Assembly (NCBI GenBank): GCA_964600345.1
Contig: CAZRKA010000001.1
Span: 1 to 52,191 of the forward strand
Direction of reading: 5' to 3'
Source: an uncultured Chitinophaga sp.
GTDB taxonomy: Bacteria > Bacteroidota > Bacteroidia > NS11-12g > UBA955
Length of the DNA stretch: 52,191 bases
In this document: positions 10,052 to 19,145 of the stretch, in pieces
Layout: each line of letters begins with the position of its first letter
Numbering within the stretch: position 1 is the first letter of the stretch
The notes under the pieces: generated by a model
What the model was told of the DNA's origin: nothing
The model's input: the letters and a program-made list of their open reading frames with translations, nothing else
Databases searched by the model: none
Made by a program: the position numbers and the translations under genes

Positions 10052-11568
10052 TACAGCAATTTTATATAAGTATAGTCGCGGTTCTGGGTTACGGGTATCA
10101 CTATCGAATTTAAACTCACCTGATAGTATTCGGATGGGATAACAAGGGCGTAAAACTGTTCGTTATTCATAAGGATTTTTTTACTGAATTCTCCGTTTGC
10201 TTTATAGCTGATTTGTATAATATCGGCATTGGCGCTGATCTTGTCATTGTATAGTATTACCACTTCATCTTCGTTGACCATTATGACTATTCCGTTGAAA
10301 TAACCACCGTCGTTAATCGAAGACTGGTTTTTGTTGATGATGTCAGACCAGATCGGATTACCGCTGCTGTCCAGATTGAGTAACATCACTTCATCATTGT
10401 TAAAGATCCTTGCATAACTGCTCTGCGGAATACCGTTTACGTAGAATATCTCACTCTGGGTAGTGATGAACATTTTTTCGCAGATGGCCATGAAACCTCC
10501 GTCAGTCCTGGGAATAAGTTTTTTAATTTTAAACTTACTGAGATTTTCACCTTTCTGTTCATTTTTTAATCCGATAACCCGGCTGACGATTTTTCGGTCG
10601 ATTGGAAAAAAACGGACAAAGTTAATACCCATATCCGAACAGCGGAGACTTACCATAAAATAGTCTTTGTTCTCATCTTCGTCGTGATCACCGCTTAAAC
10701 CGAATGCCGAAACAGTTGCAAAATCAGGATTGTATACCAGGCGATATGAGCTGAAAAAAGTGTTGCTGTTGTTGAGTACAGAATCTGTTTTCAGCAGATT
10801 CCTGGTATTGAGAGCCAGCATGCAGTGTTCAAAATCTGCCGCTTCCTTGCTTTTAAATTTTGATGAACGTGTGTAAAAGCAGTATAAGTTTCCGCTGTCA
10901 TCTGTCAACGCATCGCCAATAAACAATTCGGAGGGCGTGCCTTTTATCTGCGAAAAACCCTCGCGAATCTGAGATGATCTGTTCATTAAATGATATACAA
11001 GTTTGCTGTTGGCATTGTCTTCAATCAGATACCAGACCAGAAATTTGTCTCTTTTCAGATTGTACTCAATCCTGATATTTGTAATTTCTGTGTCAGGTCC
11101 CCCGGCCGAAAACACAGTTTTAGCCGCAGATTCGTTCATTCCGGAATCAATACTCTGGCAGAGTAATCTGTTAAAGCTGCCTTTGATAAACTCCTTTGTA
11201 AAAACAGTTATTCCGGATGAATGCACTACAATCTTTTCAAGTTCGCAGTTTGGAATGCGAAATGTCTTGCTTTTCAAAAGATTCATTTTCTTATCGAAAT
11301 GCTCGAGAATATAATACCTTCTGAAGTTGCTGTTCTTGTGCTTCAGTACATATACGCCGAACTTATTTTGTCCGACAACCTTGGTGAAATCAGTTCGCTT
11401 GTCGAGATTATTTTTATTTGCCCAGATAATTTGTTGTGAGCTGCAGACATGAAAAGCAGGTGAGCTGAGCATAAAACATGTCAGAACCAGCCATTTTATT
11501 TTACTGCTTATTTTCAATGAATACCTGAAATAAAGGGCTAAATTACTATGTTTGCTCCTCGATAACAA
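10048..11568 (-). CDS. Secreted beta-rich protein, function unknown
   Basis: 506-aa ORF. A hydrophobic leader (KIKWLVLTCFMLSSPAFHVCS) follows an implausible 17-aa extension. The in-frame TTG at 11515-11517 would give MKISSKIKWLVL. No motif recognised. Confidence 0.65.
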   Translation of the reverse strand: MLSRSKHSNLALYFRYSLKISSKIKWLVLTCFMLSSPAFHVCSSQQIIWANKNNLDKRTDFTKVVGQNKFGVYVLKHKNSNFRRYYILEHFDKKMNLLKSKTFRIPNCELEKIVVHSSGITVFTKEFIKGSFNRLLCQSIDSGMNESAAKTVFSAGGPDTEITNIRIEYNLKRDKFLVWYLIEDNANSKLVYHLMNRSSQIREGFSQIKGTPSELFIGDALTDDSGNLYCFYTRSSKFKSKEAADFEHCMLALNTRNLLKTDSVLNNSNTFFSSYRLVYNPDFATVSAFGLSGDHDEDENKDYFMVSLRCSDMGINFVRFFPIDRKIVSRVIGLKNEQKGENLSKFKIKKLIPRTDGGFMAICEKMFITTQSEIFYVNGIPQSSYARIFNNDEVMLLNLDSSGNPIWSDIINKNQSSINDGGYFNGIVIMVNEDEVVILYNDKISANADIIQISYKANGEFSKKILMNNEQFYALVIPSEYYQVSLNSIVIPVTQNRDYTYIKLLY

Positions 11569-12727
11569 AAAATATTTCCAACTATTGAAGCCCGAATATT
11601 TCTATAACGACATTAAAAAAGAAAAAGCCATACTTGCCGGTGTGCACCGCAAGGGGGAGAAGGAGAATAAGTTAAAAGATTATCTCGACGAACTGGAGGC
11701 GCTAGCTACTACGGCCGGTGCAGAAACCGTTGGAAGAATTACTCAGAATCTCGATTATCCGGATCCGCGTACATTTTTTGGAGAAGGCAAGCTAAATGAA
11801 CTTTCGGTAATGGTAAAAGTCAATAATGCCGATCTGGTGATATTCGATGATGAACTAAGTCCTTCGCAAATACGGAATATTGAAGGGGTAGTCAAGGATA
11901 TCAAGATCATAGACCGCAGCATGCTGATTCTCGATATCTTTTCAAAAAATGCAAAAACAGCCCAGGCAAAAACACAGGTTGAACTGGCGCAAAACCAGTA
12001 TCTCCTTCCAAGACTTACCAAAATGTGGACTCACTTGTCAAAGCAAAAGGGTGGTATTGGCATGAAGGGTCCCGGCGAAACCGAGATTGAAACAGACAGA
12101 AGGGTAATCAGAAGTAATATTACCAAATTAAAGGAAAGACTAGCCCTGATCGAAAAGCAGAATTTTGTTCAAAGGCAAAACCGCTCGGATAAAAAGAGGG
12201 TTGCTCTTGTCGGTTATACTAATGTCGGCAAAAGCACCATCATGAACCTTCTGAGCAATGCGGACCTGCTCGCAGAAAACAAGCTTTTTGCCACACTCGA
12301 TTCAACTGTCCGGAAAGTAGTTCTCGAAGATTCGAGAAAAGAAGGGGTGCATATCCCGATATTGTTAAGCGATACCGTAGGATTTATAAGAAAACTTCCA
12401 ACCCTGCTCATAGAAAGCTTTAAAAGCACACTGGCGGAAGTTGTAGAAGCAGATGCTCTGATTCACGTCATTGATATTTCAAATCCTGATTTTGAGAGTC
12501 AGATGCTGCTGGTTAAGCAGACACTTTTTGACATTGGCGCCAGAAACAAACCGACCTTGCTGGTATTTAATAAAATCGATACATACCTGCAGGAACATCC
12601 TGATACCGTGCTCACAGAATTTGAGAAAAGCTGGTTGAGTAAGGAACACACACCCCTCGTTTTTATCTCCGCAACAGGCAAGACCCATATCTCCGAATTC
12701 AGGCAGAAAATAGTAGAGTTGTTCTGA
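11552..12727 (+). CDS. hflX: GTPase HflX
   Basis: G1 GYTNVGKST, G3 DTVGF, G4 NKID, and the HflX N-terminal domain (EKAILAGV). The track start is a TTG that overlaps the divergent gene. The in-frame TTG at 11585 is an alternative, with a TATGTTTG box at 11547-11554. Confidence 0.9.
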   Translation: MLLDNKKYFQLLKPEYFYNDIKKEKAILAGVHRKGEKENKLKDYLDELEALATTAGAETVGRITQNLDYPDPRTFFGEGKLNELSVMVKVNNADLVIFDDELSPSQIRNIEGVVKDIKIIDRSMLILDIFSKNAKTAQAKTQVELAQNQYLLPRLTKMWTHLSKQKGGIGMKGPGETEIETDRRVIRSNITKLKERLALIEKQNFVQRQNRSDKKRVALVGYTNVGKSTIMNLLSNADLLAENKLFATLDSTVRKVVLEDSRKEGVHIPILLSDTVGFIRKLPTLLIESFKSTLAEVVEADALIHVIDISNPDFESQMLLVKQTLFDIGARNKPTLLVFNKIDTYLQEHPDTVLTEFEKSWLSKEHTPLVFISATGKTHISEFRQKIVELF

Positions 12728-12741
12728 GTAATGTCCGTTTT

Positions 12742-13122
12742 TTAGTAATTGTTAAGCCATTCCCTGGCTTTATCAATATCTGTAAAAAAACGAGAAGGAT
12801 AGATATCTTTAATAAATTTAAGGTAAAAATTGGTGGTCATTTTCTGGGCGAGAGAAGTAACGACAACCGCTTCGGCAATGATAGAATCTTTTCTGGCTTT
12901 GTTTTCTTCCTGCAAATGCAAACGGGCCTGTAAATCGAGACTGGAGTTCTTAGTGATCACAATCAGTCTTTTCATGGGTTTATTTCCGGTGAAAGCATAA
13001 AGTTTTTCAAGCAATTCCTTCATGTCTTCGAGATTGACCTGTACTTTCTCACGATATAAAACCTCTACGGTTTCGTCGTTCATCATTCTAAGTGATTGTA
13101 ATACATTGCTAAGTGGTTCCAT
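12742..13122 (-). CDS. Small hypothetical protein (possible STAS/SpoIIAA-like fold)
   Basis: The internal ATG at 13122 (MEPLSNVLQ...) is preferred because a TAnnTTTG box lies inside the longer ORF. The fold guess rests only on size and pattern. Confidence 0.55.
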   Translation of the reverse strand: MEPLSNVLQSLRMMNDETVEVLYREKVQVNLEDMKELLEKLYAFTGNKPMKRLIVITKNSSLDLQARLHLQEENKARKDSIIAEAVVVTSLAQKMTTNFYLKFIKDIYPSRFFTDIDKAREWLNNY

Positions 13123-13150
13123 TTCAGTTATTTGGTAAATTAGTTGGAAG

Positions 13151-13158
13151 CAAAAATA
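13151..13158 (-). promoter_or_regulatory. Candidate -7 box TATTTTTG (minus strand)
   Basis: Exact TAnnTTTG match 28 nt upstream of the ATG at 13122. Confidence 0.4.
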
Positions 13159-13481
13159 CGCCCTGCACAACTACCGACAAGTTTTATTCCAAATTTTAAA
13201 AATATGTATTCAAAATGAGAATATCACATTTAAATCCACCCGCAGCGCATTTTGTTTTCACGCTTAAATTTTTAAGTCCTAATATCAAAGGAATGAGAAT
13301 ATTATTCGCTTTTTCCGCGATGCGACCATTTTTTTATACATGCCATGTATCTATAATTTACAGAGCTTAATTATATTAATACAATTAATAGCTGTCATTT
13401 GTGCATAATTGAGATAGAGTCAAAGGGCTTAGCGGCTATTTATTTCATTTTTTCTGAACTTATTTTGTATCGTTATTATTT

Positions 13482-14681
13482 ATGAGGGATCAGGAGTATT
13501 TCGAACACTTGCACAAGAGATTTTTGTCTGAATTCAAAGAATTAAACCATTCATTCGAAAATGTATCTCTTTTGTTCAAAAATTTACCGGTCAGTGAAAA
13601 AAGCAAAAAACAATATTTAGAAAATTCGAGAAAAGCGAAATCGGCCTGGTATGCCTGTCTGGTCAATACCAACATAGATGTTCTGCTTATTCCCGAATAT
13701 CTGGAAAGCAAGCTCAGCAGAAATATTCTGATTAAAAAAGAAACCGAACAGTATTACGCTTCGCTTGACAATTTCGGTTTACATACCATTCAGAACAATT
13801 CTTCAGTTTACGAAGGTATTTTATACAGTGAAGATGCAGAACCAAAGAGCAGCTTCGACCTGTTTTCGTCACAGGCACCTGAGACCGCCGGATGTCCAAA
13901 ACCGCTGAAGAAATTGTTTGATGATTGGGAATTAAAATTCAAAGCATGCAGCGAAACCGAAAAAATTATATACGGATTTCTGGACTGGCATTGCTTTAAT
14001 GGCTTCAGTTTTTCGGGACAGAGGCAAATGGTACTTTGGCTGAACTACAAACTATGGAAATTTTACGGACCGTTAACGGAAAGACTTGGACTTGAGTTTT
14101 TTCTTTTTCAGAAATGGAACAGAAAGGATGCTGATCCTGCGAAATGCATTAAGGAATTTATATCCTGCATGTCGGAGGAACTTCAAACCATTAAATCAGA
14201 ATTAAAGACATTGTACCGGGATGAAATTGCATTCGGTTCAATGAGCAGCAGTCAGAAAACCGTTTCGTCTTTTGTCTTTGATAAAGCTTTCAGCACCGGT
14301 TTTAAATGCCCTGATTCCGGCTCTCAAAATGTATTTAATATTTTGATGAGCAAAGGATTTGTTTCAATACTTGACTTTGCAGATAAAACCGAAATTGAAA
14401 ATCAGAAACAAGCTCTCGGAAAACTGATATCAAATGAAATTGCGGTTTTAGCTGAAGATGGTGAAGAAGTTTGCATGTACATTAACACTTCGGCTGAAAA
14501 CAAAAACAATTTCCTTTTCAGGTTTCAGAACATCAAACGCGAATTATCTAAAATTACATTGGATCAATTTACGGATCAGAGTTTAGTAAAACCAATAGTT
14601 CCGATCGAGAAAACTATAATACCAGAGCCATCAGTTCAAATTTCCCAAAGGGAAAAGAGACAGAAGGCATTCTTTGGATAG
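13482..14681 (+). CDS. Orphan hypothetical protein, 399 aa, cytoplasmic
   Basis: Long uninterrupted ORF with an ATG start, no signal peptide and no motif I recognise. It follows a 359-nt AT-rich spacer. Confidence 0.55.
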   Translation: MRDQEYFEHLHKRFLSEFKELNHSFENVSLLFKNLPVSEKSKKQYLENSRKAKSAWYACLVNTNIDVLLIPEYLESKLSRNILIKKETEQYYASLDNFGLHTIQNNSSVYEGILYSEDAEPKSSFDLFSSQAPETAGCPKPLKKLFDDWELKFKACSETEKIIYGFLDWHCFNGFSFSGQRQMVLWLNYKLWKFYGPLTERLGLEFFLFQKWNRKDADPAKCIKEFISCMSEELQTIKSELKTLYRDEIAFGSMSSSQKTVSSFVFDKAFSTGFKCPDSGSQNVFNILMSKGFVSILDFADKTEIENQKQALGKLISNEIAVLAEDGEEVCMYINTSAENKNNFLFRFQNIKRELSKITLDQFTDQSLVKPIVPIEKTIIPEPSVQISQREKRQKAFFG

Positions 14682-14682
14682 A

Positions 14683-14904
14683 TCAGTGCTCGTCTTCGTG
14701 AAAGAAGTAATCGTCATCTGTGGGATAGTCACCCCAAATTTCTTCTATACTTTCGTATGGTTCACCATCATCTTCAAGCTCCTGAAGGTTTTCGACCACT
14801 TCCATTGGCGCGCCTGATCTGATAGCATAGTCTATAAGCTCATCTTTGGTTGCAGGCCAAGGTGCATCATCTAAATACGATACTAATTCTAAGGTCCAAT
14901 ACAT
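14683..14904 (-). CDS. DUF2795-like small acidic protein
   Basis: 73 aa. The pattern YLDDAPWPATKDELIDYAIRSGAPMEVVENLQEL matches my memory of the DUF2795 family. The tail is very acidic. Confidence 0.7.
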   Translation of the reverse strand: MYWTLELVSYLDDAPWPATKDELIDYAIRSGAPMEVVENLQELEDDGEPYESIEEIWGDYPTDDDYFFHEDEH

Positions 14905-14924
14905 TTTAACAATCTATTTTTTTG

Positions 14925-14932
14925 CAAAAGTA
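14925..14932 (-). promoter_or_regulatory. Candidate -7 box TACTTTTG (minus strand)
   Basis: Exact TAnnTTTG match 20 nt upstream of the ATG at 14904. Confidence 0.45.
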
Positions 14933-15041
14933 TATTTTTTAAGCAATTAATGCTTACTTTTTTTATTAATTTTCTAATTAACAGTAAATCAGTTAAATAG
15001 ACTGTTTAAACAGGTGTTTTGCTCAAATTCGGAGTAATTTA

Positions 15042-17732
15042 TTAATACTTGACTATCAATTTAAAAGCATCGATTCCGGAACTGCTTTCTAGTCTGATTA
15101 TATAACAGCCTGCAGGCAGTGAACTGATATCTGTTGAATTGACATTTTCAGGTAAGAGGGCAATTAACTTACCGCTCATATCACAAATCTGTATTCTGAA
15201 ATCGCCCGATGTCACTTTGAAAAAGAGTCTGTCGCCGGCAGGATTCGGATATACTTCGAATAATTCATCTGCAGTTAGTTCAAGCTGAGTAAAATCTCTG
15301 AGCAATACAGTGGTATCATCTGTTCCGCAGTCTCCTTTCACTACAAGTCTTACAGTTTTATTGCTGGCGTTCTGGTAAGTGTGAACCGGATTCATTTCTG
15401 TACTGCTGTCTCCGTCACCAAAATACCATTTGTAAGACTTATTGCTTCCTGTCGATCTGTTGTCGAAACCGACGATATTTTTGCCGTAATAACCGTAAAT
15501 AAATTCGGCTTTGCTGGCTGTATCGGTCCCGATATTGAGTATGTTATTGATGTTGTAAGTCTGTGAAGGAGCGCCGCTGACTGTTACAGATAACTGAGCA
15601 GATTTGTTGCCCGGGCTGGTATAGCTAACAGTATGCGGACCTTTACCGATGGCATTAGCAGGAGAACCACCGTTGAATACCCATGACCATGAGGCAGCAA
15701 GATTATCCGAAGAATCGGTGTAAGTTATTTGCTCGGCTATACATGCAGTATCTTTTGAAACCCCGAAATTCATGAATGAAAATTTTACCGCCTTTGTGCT
15801 GTCTTCGGTATTGCAGGTATTAGTTGCCACAAGTCTGACATTATAAGTTCCACCGCTGCTGTATTGATGCAACGGGGTCGGCAGGAGAGAAGAATCTCCA
15901 TCACCGAAATACCAGATATTGCCTGTTGGGTTATTGGATAAGTTGCCAAAGCTTACCATGCCTTTGCCTCCTGCAGTGTAATTAAAATCTACCGTCATTT
16001 TGCTGTCGTTGCGAACCGTCAGATTCTTTACCTTATTCAGATTTCCAGTAATGGTTGTGATAGTCAGTGAAACTGTTTTACTTCCGCCATTGCTGTAAAT
16101 TACATTGTGTGGTCCTTTGGTATTAGCTGTGGCAGGACTGGCATCACTGCCGAAATTCCATGACCAGGAGGATATATTTCCAGAAGAAGAGTCGGTATAG
16201 GTAATCGACTCGTTTTTGCAGGCAATCTGTTTAGACATTGTAAAACCGGCATTAGGGGCTACGATGGCACAATTACCGGAGTTAAGTTTGCTGTGTCCGT
16301 TTTTACCGCAAACAGAAGAGCCGCTTTTGTTGATGACGTAATTTCCGGCACTGATATCATCTGCGCTCAATCCCGGTTTTGTCTGGCCATTTGCTATGGA
16401 GTAATGCATAACAACAGCACTGTTTATTACATGTCCCATCTGATGTCCGTGTCCCAGTTCATGGGTAGCGACAGATTCGAAATGGAACTGGGATGCCGTT
16501 GCATTTCCGGTGGTATAATTCCAGTTGGTACTTCCGGTTGGTTTTACCCTGAATCGAATATCCAGTTCGTTGACATACCATTTCAAACCAGGGTTAAAGC
16601 AACCCGACCAGTAACTGAAACACTGGGCAAGCACACCGCTCGGCATTGCACCGCTGCTGTCCCAGGCGCACATGTTAACCCCGTCGCTTTTAATGGCGCT
16701 GTGATTCAGAGTACCCAGGGTATCCCAGTTAATAAATGTACCGCAGCGCCAGCGCTCAAGGCTTCTTATAAAGGCACCTCTTGCACCGCTTGAATCGTAA
16801 AAACGCCTGTTCATTTTCCAGGTAATTCCATTGTTGAGATTCATTCCTATCTGCTGGGTTTCGTAACCTATGCTGTCTCCGCTTACTACATTCAGATGAG
16901 CATAACTTACTTTCAGAGTATCTCCTGAAGTAACCACACCGTTTCCGGCGGCAACTACCCTTAGGCGGCCGGTTCCGGCCTTGGTTCTTACTATCAGTCT
17001 TATCATGGTATCACTCCAGGAAATATAGTCTCTCTTCAGGGCTTTGATAAAGCTTATTCCGCCGTCATCTCCGTTTCTGAACTGAACACTGCTTGTATCC
17101 TGAACAGCATTGAAATTACTGCCTTTGATTGTCAATACCGAAGAAGTTCCGGATGTTATTGTTTTAGGAAAAATTGAACTGATAACAGGTGTCGCTCTTT
17201 TGGAATTCAGAATTACCTTGGTAAGCAGGGCATTGATATCAATTACTTCGAGACCTGTCAGTATTTTCAAGGTGTTTTGAATACTGTAGGCGGGATATGT
17301 GTTGAATACATCTGTGCAAATTGCAGTGTGTTTGTCGATTTTCAGGAAACCCTGAGGTCCGCTTTCTGAAACCCATTCACCATTTTTAAGTACAAGCATA
17401 AAGATACCGATTTCACCTGTTTCTGTTTCAAGCTCCGGATCAACTCTTACCGCTTTATCTCCCACCTGGCCACCGTTAGTGATAAGGTCTATATGTTTTC
17501 CGCTGATGAATTCACTGCCTTTGTATACTTTGCTGATCACAAGCCGGTTCGACGTGAATATCATTGTTTTTTCTGCATTCCAGTAGGCGTTTTTTTCAGC
17601 TACCTGAGCTTCGATTATCAGGGTGGCAGCATCAACTCTCTCCTTCAGACTTAGCGGAACAAGAACACAGTCGGCAACAGCAACAGCGCTACTCAGCACT
17701 GATATAAGGAGAATTAAAAACAGTTTTTTCAT
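15042..17732 (-). CDS. T9SS-secreted multidomain zinc metalloprotease (IPT/TIG, metzincin-like domain, four PKD domains, Por C-terminal domain)
   Basis: Signal peptide present. IPT-like segment (PVISSIFPKTITSGTSSVLTIKGSNF). Zinc motif HELGHGHQMGH at nt 16431-16463. Four PKD-like repeats with WxFGDG / SWSW signatures at nt 15297-16250. The C-terminal 70 aa (EVYPNPAGDRLFF...FKLIVKY) is typical of T9SS sorting domains. Confidence 0.9.
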   Translation of the reverse strand: MKKLFLILLISVLSSAVAVADCVLVPLSLKERVDAATLIIEAQVAEKNAYWNAEKTMIFTSNRLVISKVYKGSEFISGKHIDLITNGGQVGDKAVRVDPELETETGEIGIFMLVLKNGEWVSESGPQGFLKIDKHTAICTDVFNTYPAYSIQNTLKILTGLEVIDINALLTKVILNSKRATPVISSIFPKTITSGTSSVLTIKGSNFNAVQDTSSVQFRNGDDGGISFIKALKRDYISWSDTMIRLIVRTKAGTGRLRVVAAGNGVVTSGDTLKVSYAHLNVVSGDSIGYETQQIGMNLNNGITWKMNRRFYDSSGARGAFIRSLERWRCGTFINWDTLGTLNHSAIKSDGVNMCAWDSSGAMPSGVLAQCFSYWSGCFNPGLKWYVNELDIRFRVKPTGSTNWNYTTGNATASQFHFESVATHELGHGHQMGHVINSAVVMHYSIANGQTKPGLSADDISAGNYVINKSGSSVCGKNGHSKLNSGNCAIVAPNAGFTMSKQIACKNESITYTDSSSGNISSWSWNFGSDASPATANTKGPHNVIYSNGGSKTVSLTITTITGNLNKVKNLTVRNDSKMTVDFNYTAGGKGMVSFGNLSNNPTGNIWYFGDGDSSLLPTPLHQYSSGGTYNVRLVATNTCNTEDSTKAVKFSFMNFGVSKDTACIAEQITYTDSSDNLAASWSWVFNGGSPANAIGKGPHTVSYTSPGNKSAQLSVTVSGAPSQTYNINNILNIGTDTASKAEFIYGYYGKNIVGFDNRSTGSNKSYKWYFGDGDSSTEMNPVHTYQNASNKTVRLVVKGDCGTDDTTVLLRDFTQLELTADELFEVYPNPAGDRLFFKVTSGDFRIQICDMSGKLIALLPENVNSTDISSLPAGCYIIRLESSSGIDAFKLIVKY

Positions 17733-17759
17733 TTTATATGATGTGTATTGAAATACAAA

Positions 17760-19088
17760 TTAAAGGATTTTGATACTTACAGCCAAAACGCTGCGACTGT
17801 AGGTATCAACGCGATACAGCTCACTGCACATCTCCGGCAGCCAGGCCATGATATTGCCGTCTTTGTTGCACAAAACCAGTTGTGAGGACCTGAGTGCATT
17901 GCTGATCTTCTTATCGGTAAATATATCGCTAAGTTTTTTGCGTCCATTCATTCCCAAAGGCTGCATTTTGTCGGCAGCTTTCCATGTGCGTATCTCCAGC
18001 GGAAAACTGCATTTAGAGGCATCAAAGAACAGGGTATTTTTCTTCTTATAATTAACGTCTATTGGTTTAATTTTTTTTATAGACAATTCTATGCCATTGC
18101 CAAATTCAACAAATCCGGGTTCTTTAAGTGTGAAACTTACGGGAGAAAAAGGTAATTTTTTTTCCAGAGTAAATCCACCGCGTTCGCGGATCAGTCGCCA
18201 CAATTCTGATTCAATGTAAGTACCTACTCTGCTGTTTTGATAATGGCTGAAAGTCTGACAAGATTCTCTGCTGAAACCGTATTCGCGCAGCATAAAGTAC
18301 AAAAAAACCGCGGGTTCAGTAAAATTTTCGAGCGACTTATCGCTGATTGAAAACCTGTCGCCATTTGATTTAAGCGATTGATGGCGAAAGGCCGAAAGCA
18401 TATCGGCTGACATCTGTTCGAACTCACGGATATTGCCGGCTACTTTATAAATTATCCTGTCAAAAGCCGGGTCAATTTTTTTAAATTCCGGTATCAGGTG
18501 ATGTCTGATTCTGTTTCTCAGGTAATCGTCGCCGTCATTGCTTTTATCTATTCTGAATTTGAGTTTATGTTTCTTCAGGTAGGATTCAATACCGCTTCTG
18601 TCGGTAAAAAGCAGTGGTCTGGCGATATCAGCATTCAGAACAGATATACCGTGAAGACCTGATATGCCGGTTGATCTCATTATATTGATGAGCATGGTTT
18701 CGGTATTATCAGACATGTGATGTGCAGTGAGAATTTTATTGAATTTGAAACGTTTCTTCAGTGTATCAAACCATTCATATCTCAGATTTCGGGCAGTTTC
18801 CTGAGTGCCACAGCCTGATTTTTTTGATTCGGCTTTGGTGTCAAAATGCCTGATATGACATCGGATACCGTTTTTATCAGCCAGTTTTTTTACAAATTTT
18901 TCGTCATTATCGCTGTCTTTTCCTCTCAGCAAAAAATTGCAGTGTGCGAGTTCAAAGGTATAGCCGCCGGCGAGCAGCAGATTAAAGAGACAGATACTGT
19001 CGGGTCCTCCGCTGATAGCGAGTAGGAGTTTGTCTTTTTTCGAAAAAAGTTTGTTTTTACTTACAAAGTTTTCAAATTCAGGAAGCAT
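17760..19088 (-). CDS. tilS: tRNA(Ile)-lysidine synthase
   Basis: PP-loop LAISGGPDS, followed by TilS-like central and C-terminal domains. The ATG at 19088 is preferred, with a TAnnTTTG box 14 nt upstream. Confidence 0.9.
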   Translation of the reverse strand: MLPEFENFVSKNKLFSKKDKLLLAISGGPDSICLFNLLLAGGYTFELAHCNFLLRGKDSDNDEKFVKKLADKNGIRCHIRHFDTKAESKKSGCGTQETARNLRYEWFDTLKKRFKFNKILTAHHMSDNTETMLINIMRSTGISGLHGISVLNADIARPLLFTDRSGIESYLKKHKLKFRIDKSNDGDDYLRNRIRHHLIPEFKKIDPAFDRIIYKVAGNIREFEQMSADMLSAFRHQSLKSNGDRFSISDKSLENFTEPAVFLYFMLREYGFSRESCQTFSHYQNSRVGTYIESELWRLIRERGGFTLEKKLPFSPVSFTLKEPGFVEFGNGIELSIKKIKPIDVNYKKKNTLFFDASKCSFPLEIRTWKAADKMQPLGMNGRKKLSDIFTDKKISNALRSSQLVLCNKDGNIMAWLPEMCSELYRVDTYSRSVLAVSIKIL

Positions 19089-19093
19089 GGCAC

Positions 19094-19101
19094 TAATTTT
19101 G
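19094..19101 (+). promoter_or_regulatory. Candidate -7 box TAATTTTG for the OstA-like gene
   Basis: Exact TAnnTTTG match 44 nt upstream of the TTG start at 19146. Confidence 0.4.
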
Positions 19102-19102
19102 A

Positions 19103-19110
19103 CAAAGGTA
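19103..19110 (-). promoter_or_regulatory. Candidate -7 box TACCTTTG (minus strand) for tilS
   Basis: Exact TAnnTTTG match 14 nt upstream of the ATG at 19088. It lies 1 nt from the opposing plus-strand box. Confidence 0.4.
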
Positions 19111-19145
19111 AGAAATAGAATTTTATTCCGAATATTGCCCCTGAT

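Noticed and set aside
15002-15013. The perfect 12-bp palindrome CTGTTTAAACAG downstream of the metalloprotease gene
   Set aside because: It leaves no loop, so it is not a functional terminator hairpin. It is short and AT-rich, so chance occurrence is plausible, and it has no partner sites in the window.
16293-16793. A 166-aa plus-strand ORF inside the metalloprotease gene
   Set aside because: It is antisense to the region that encodes the HELGH zinc site. There is no independent support for it.
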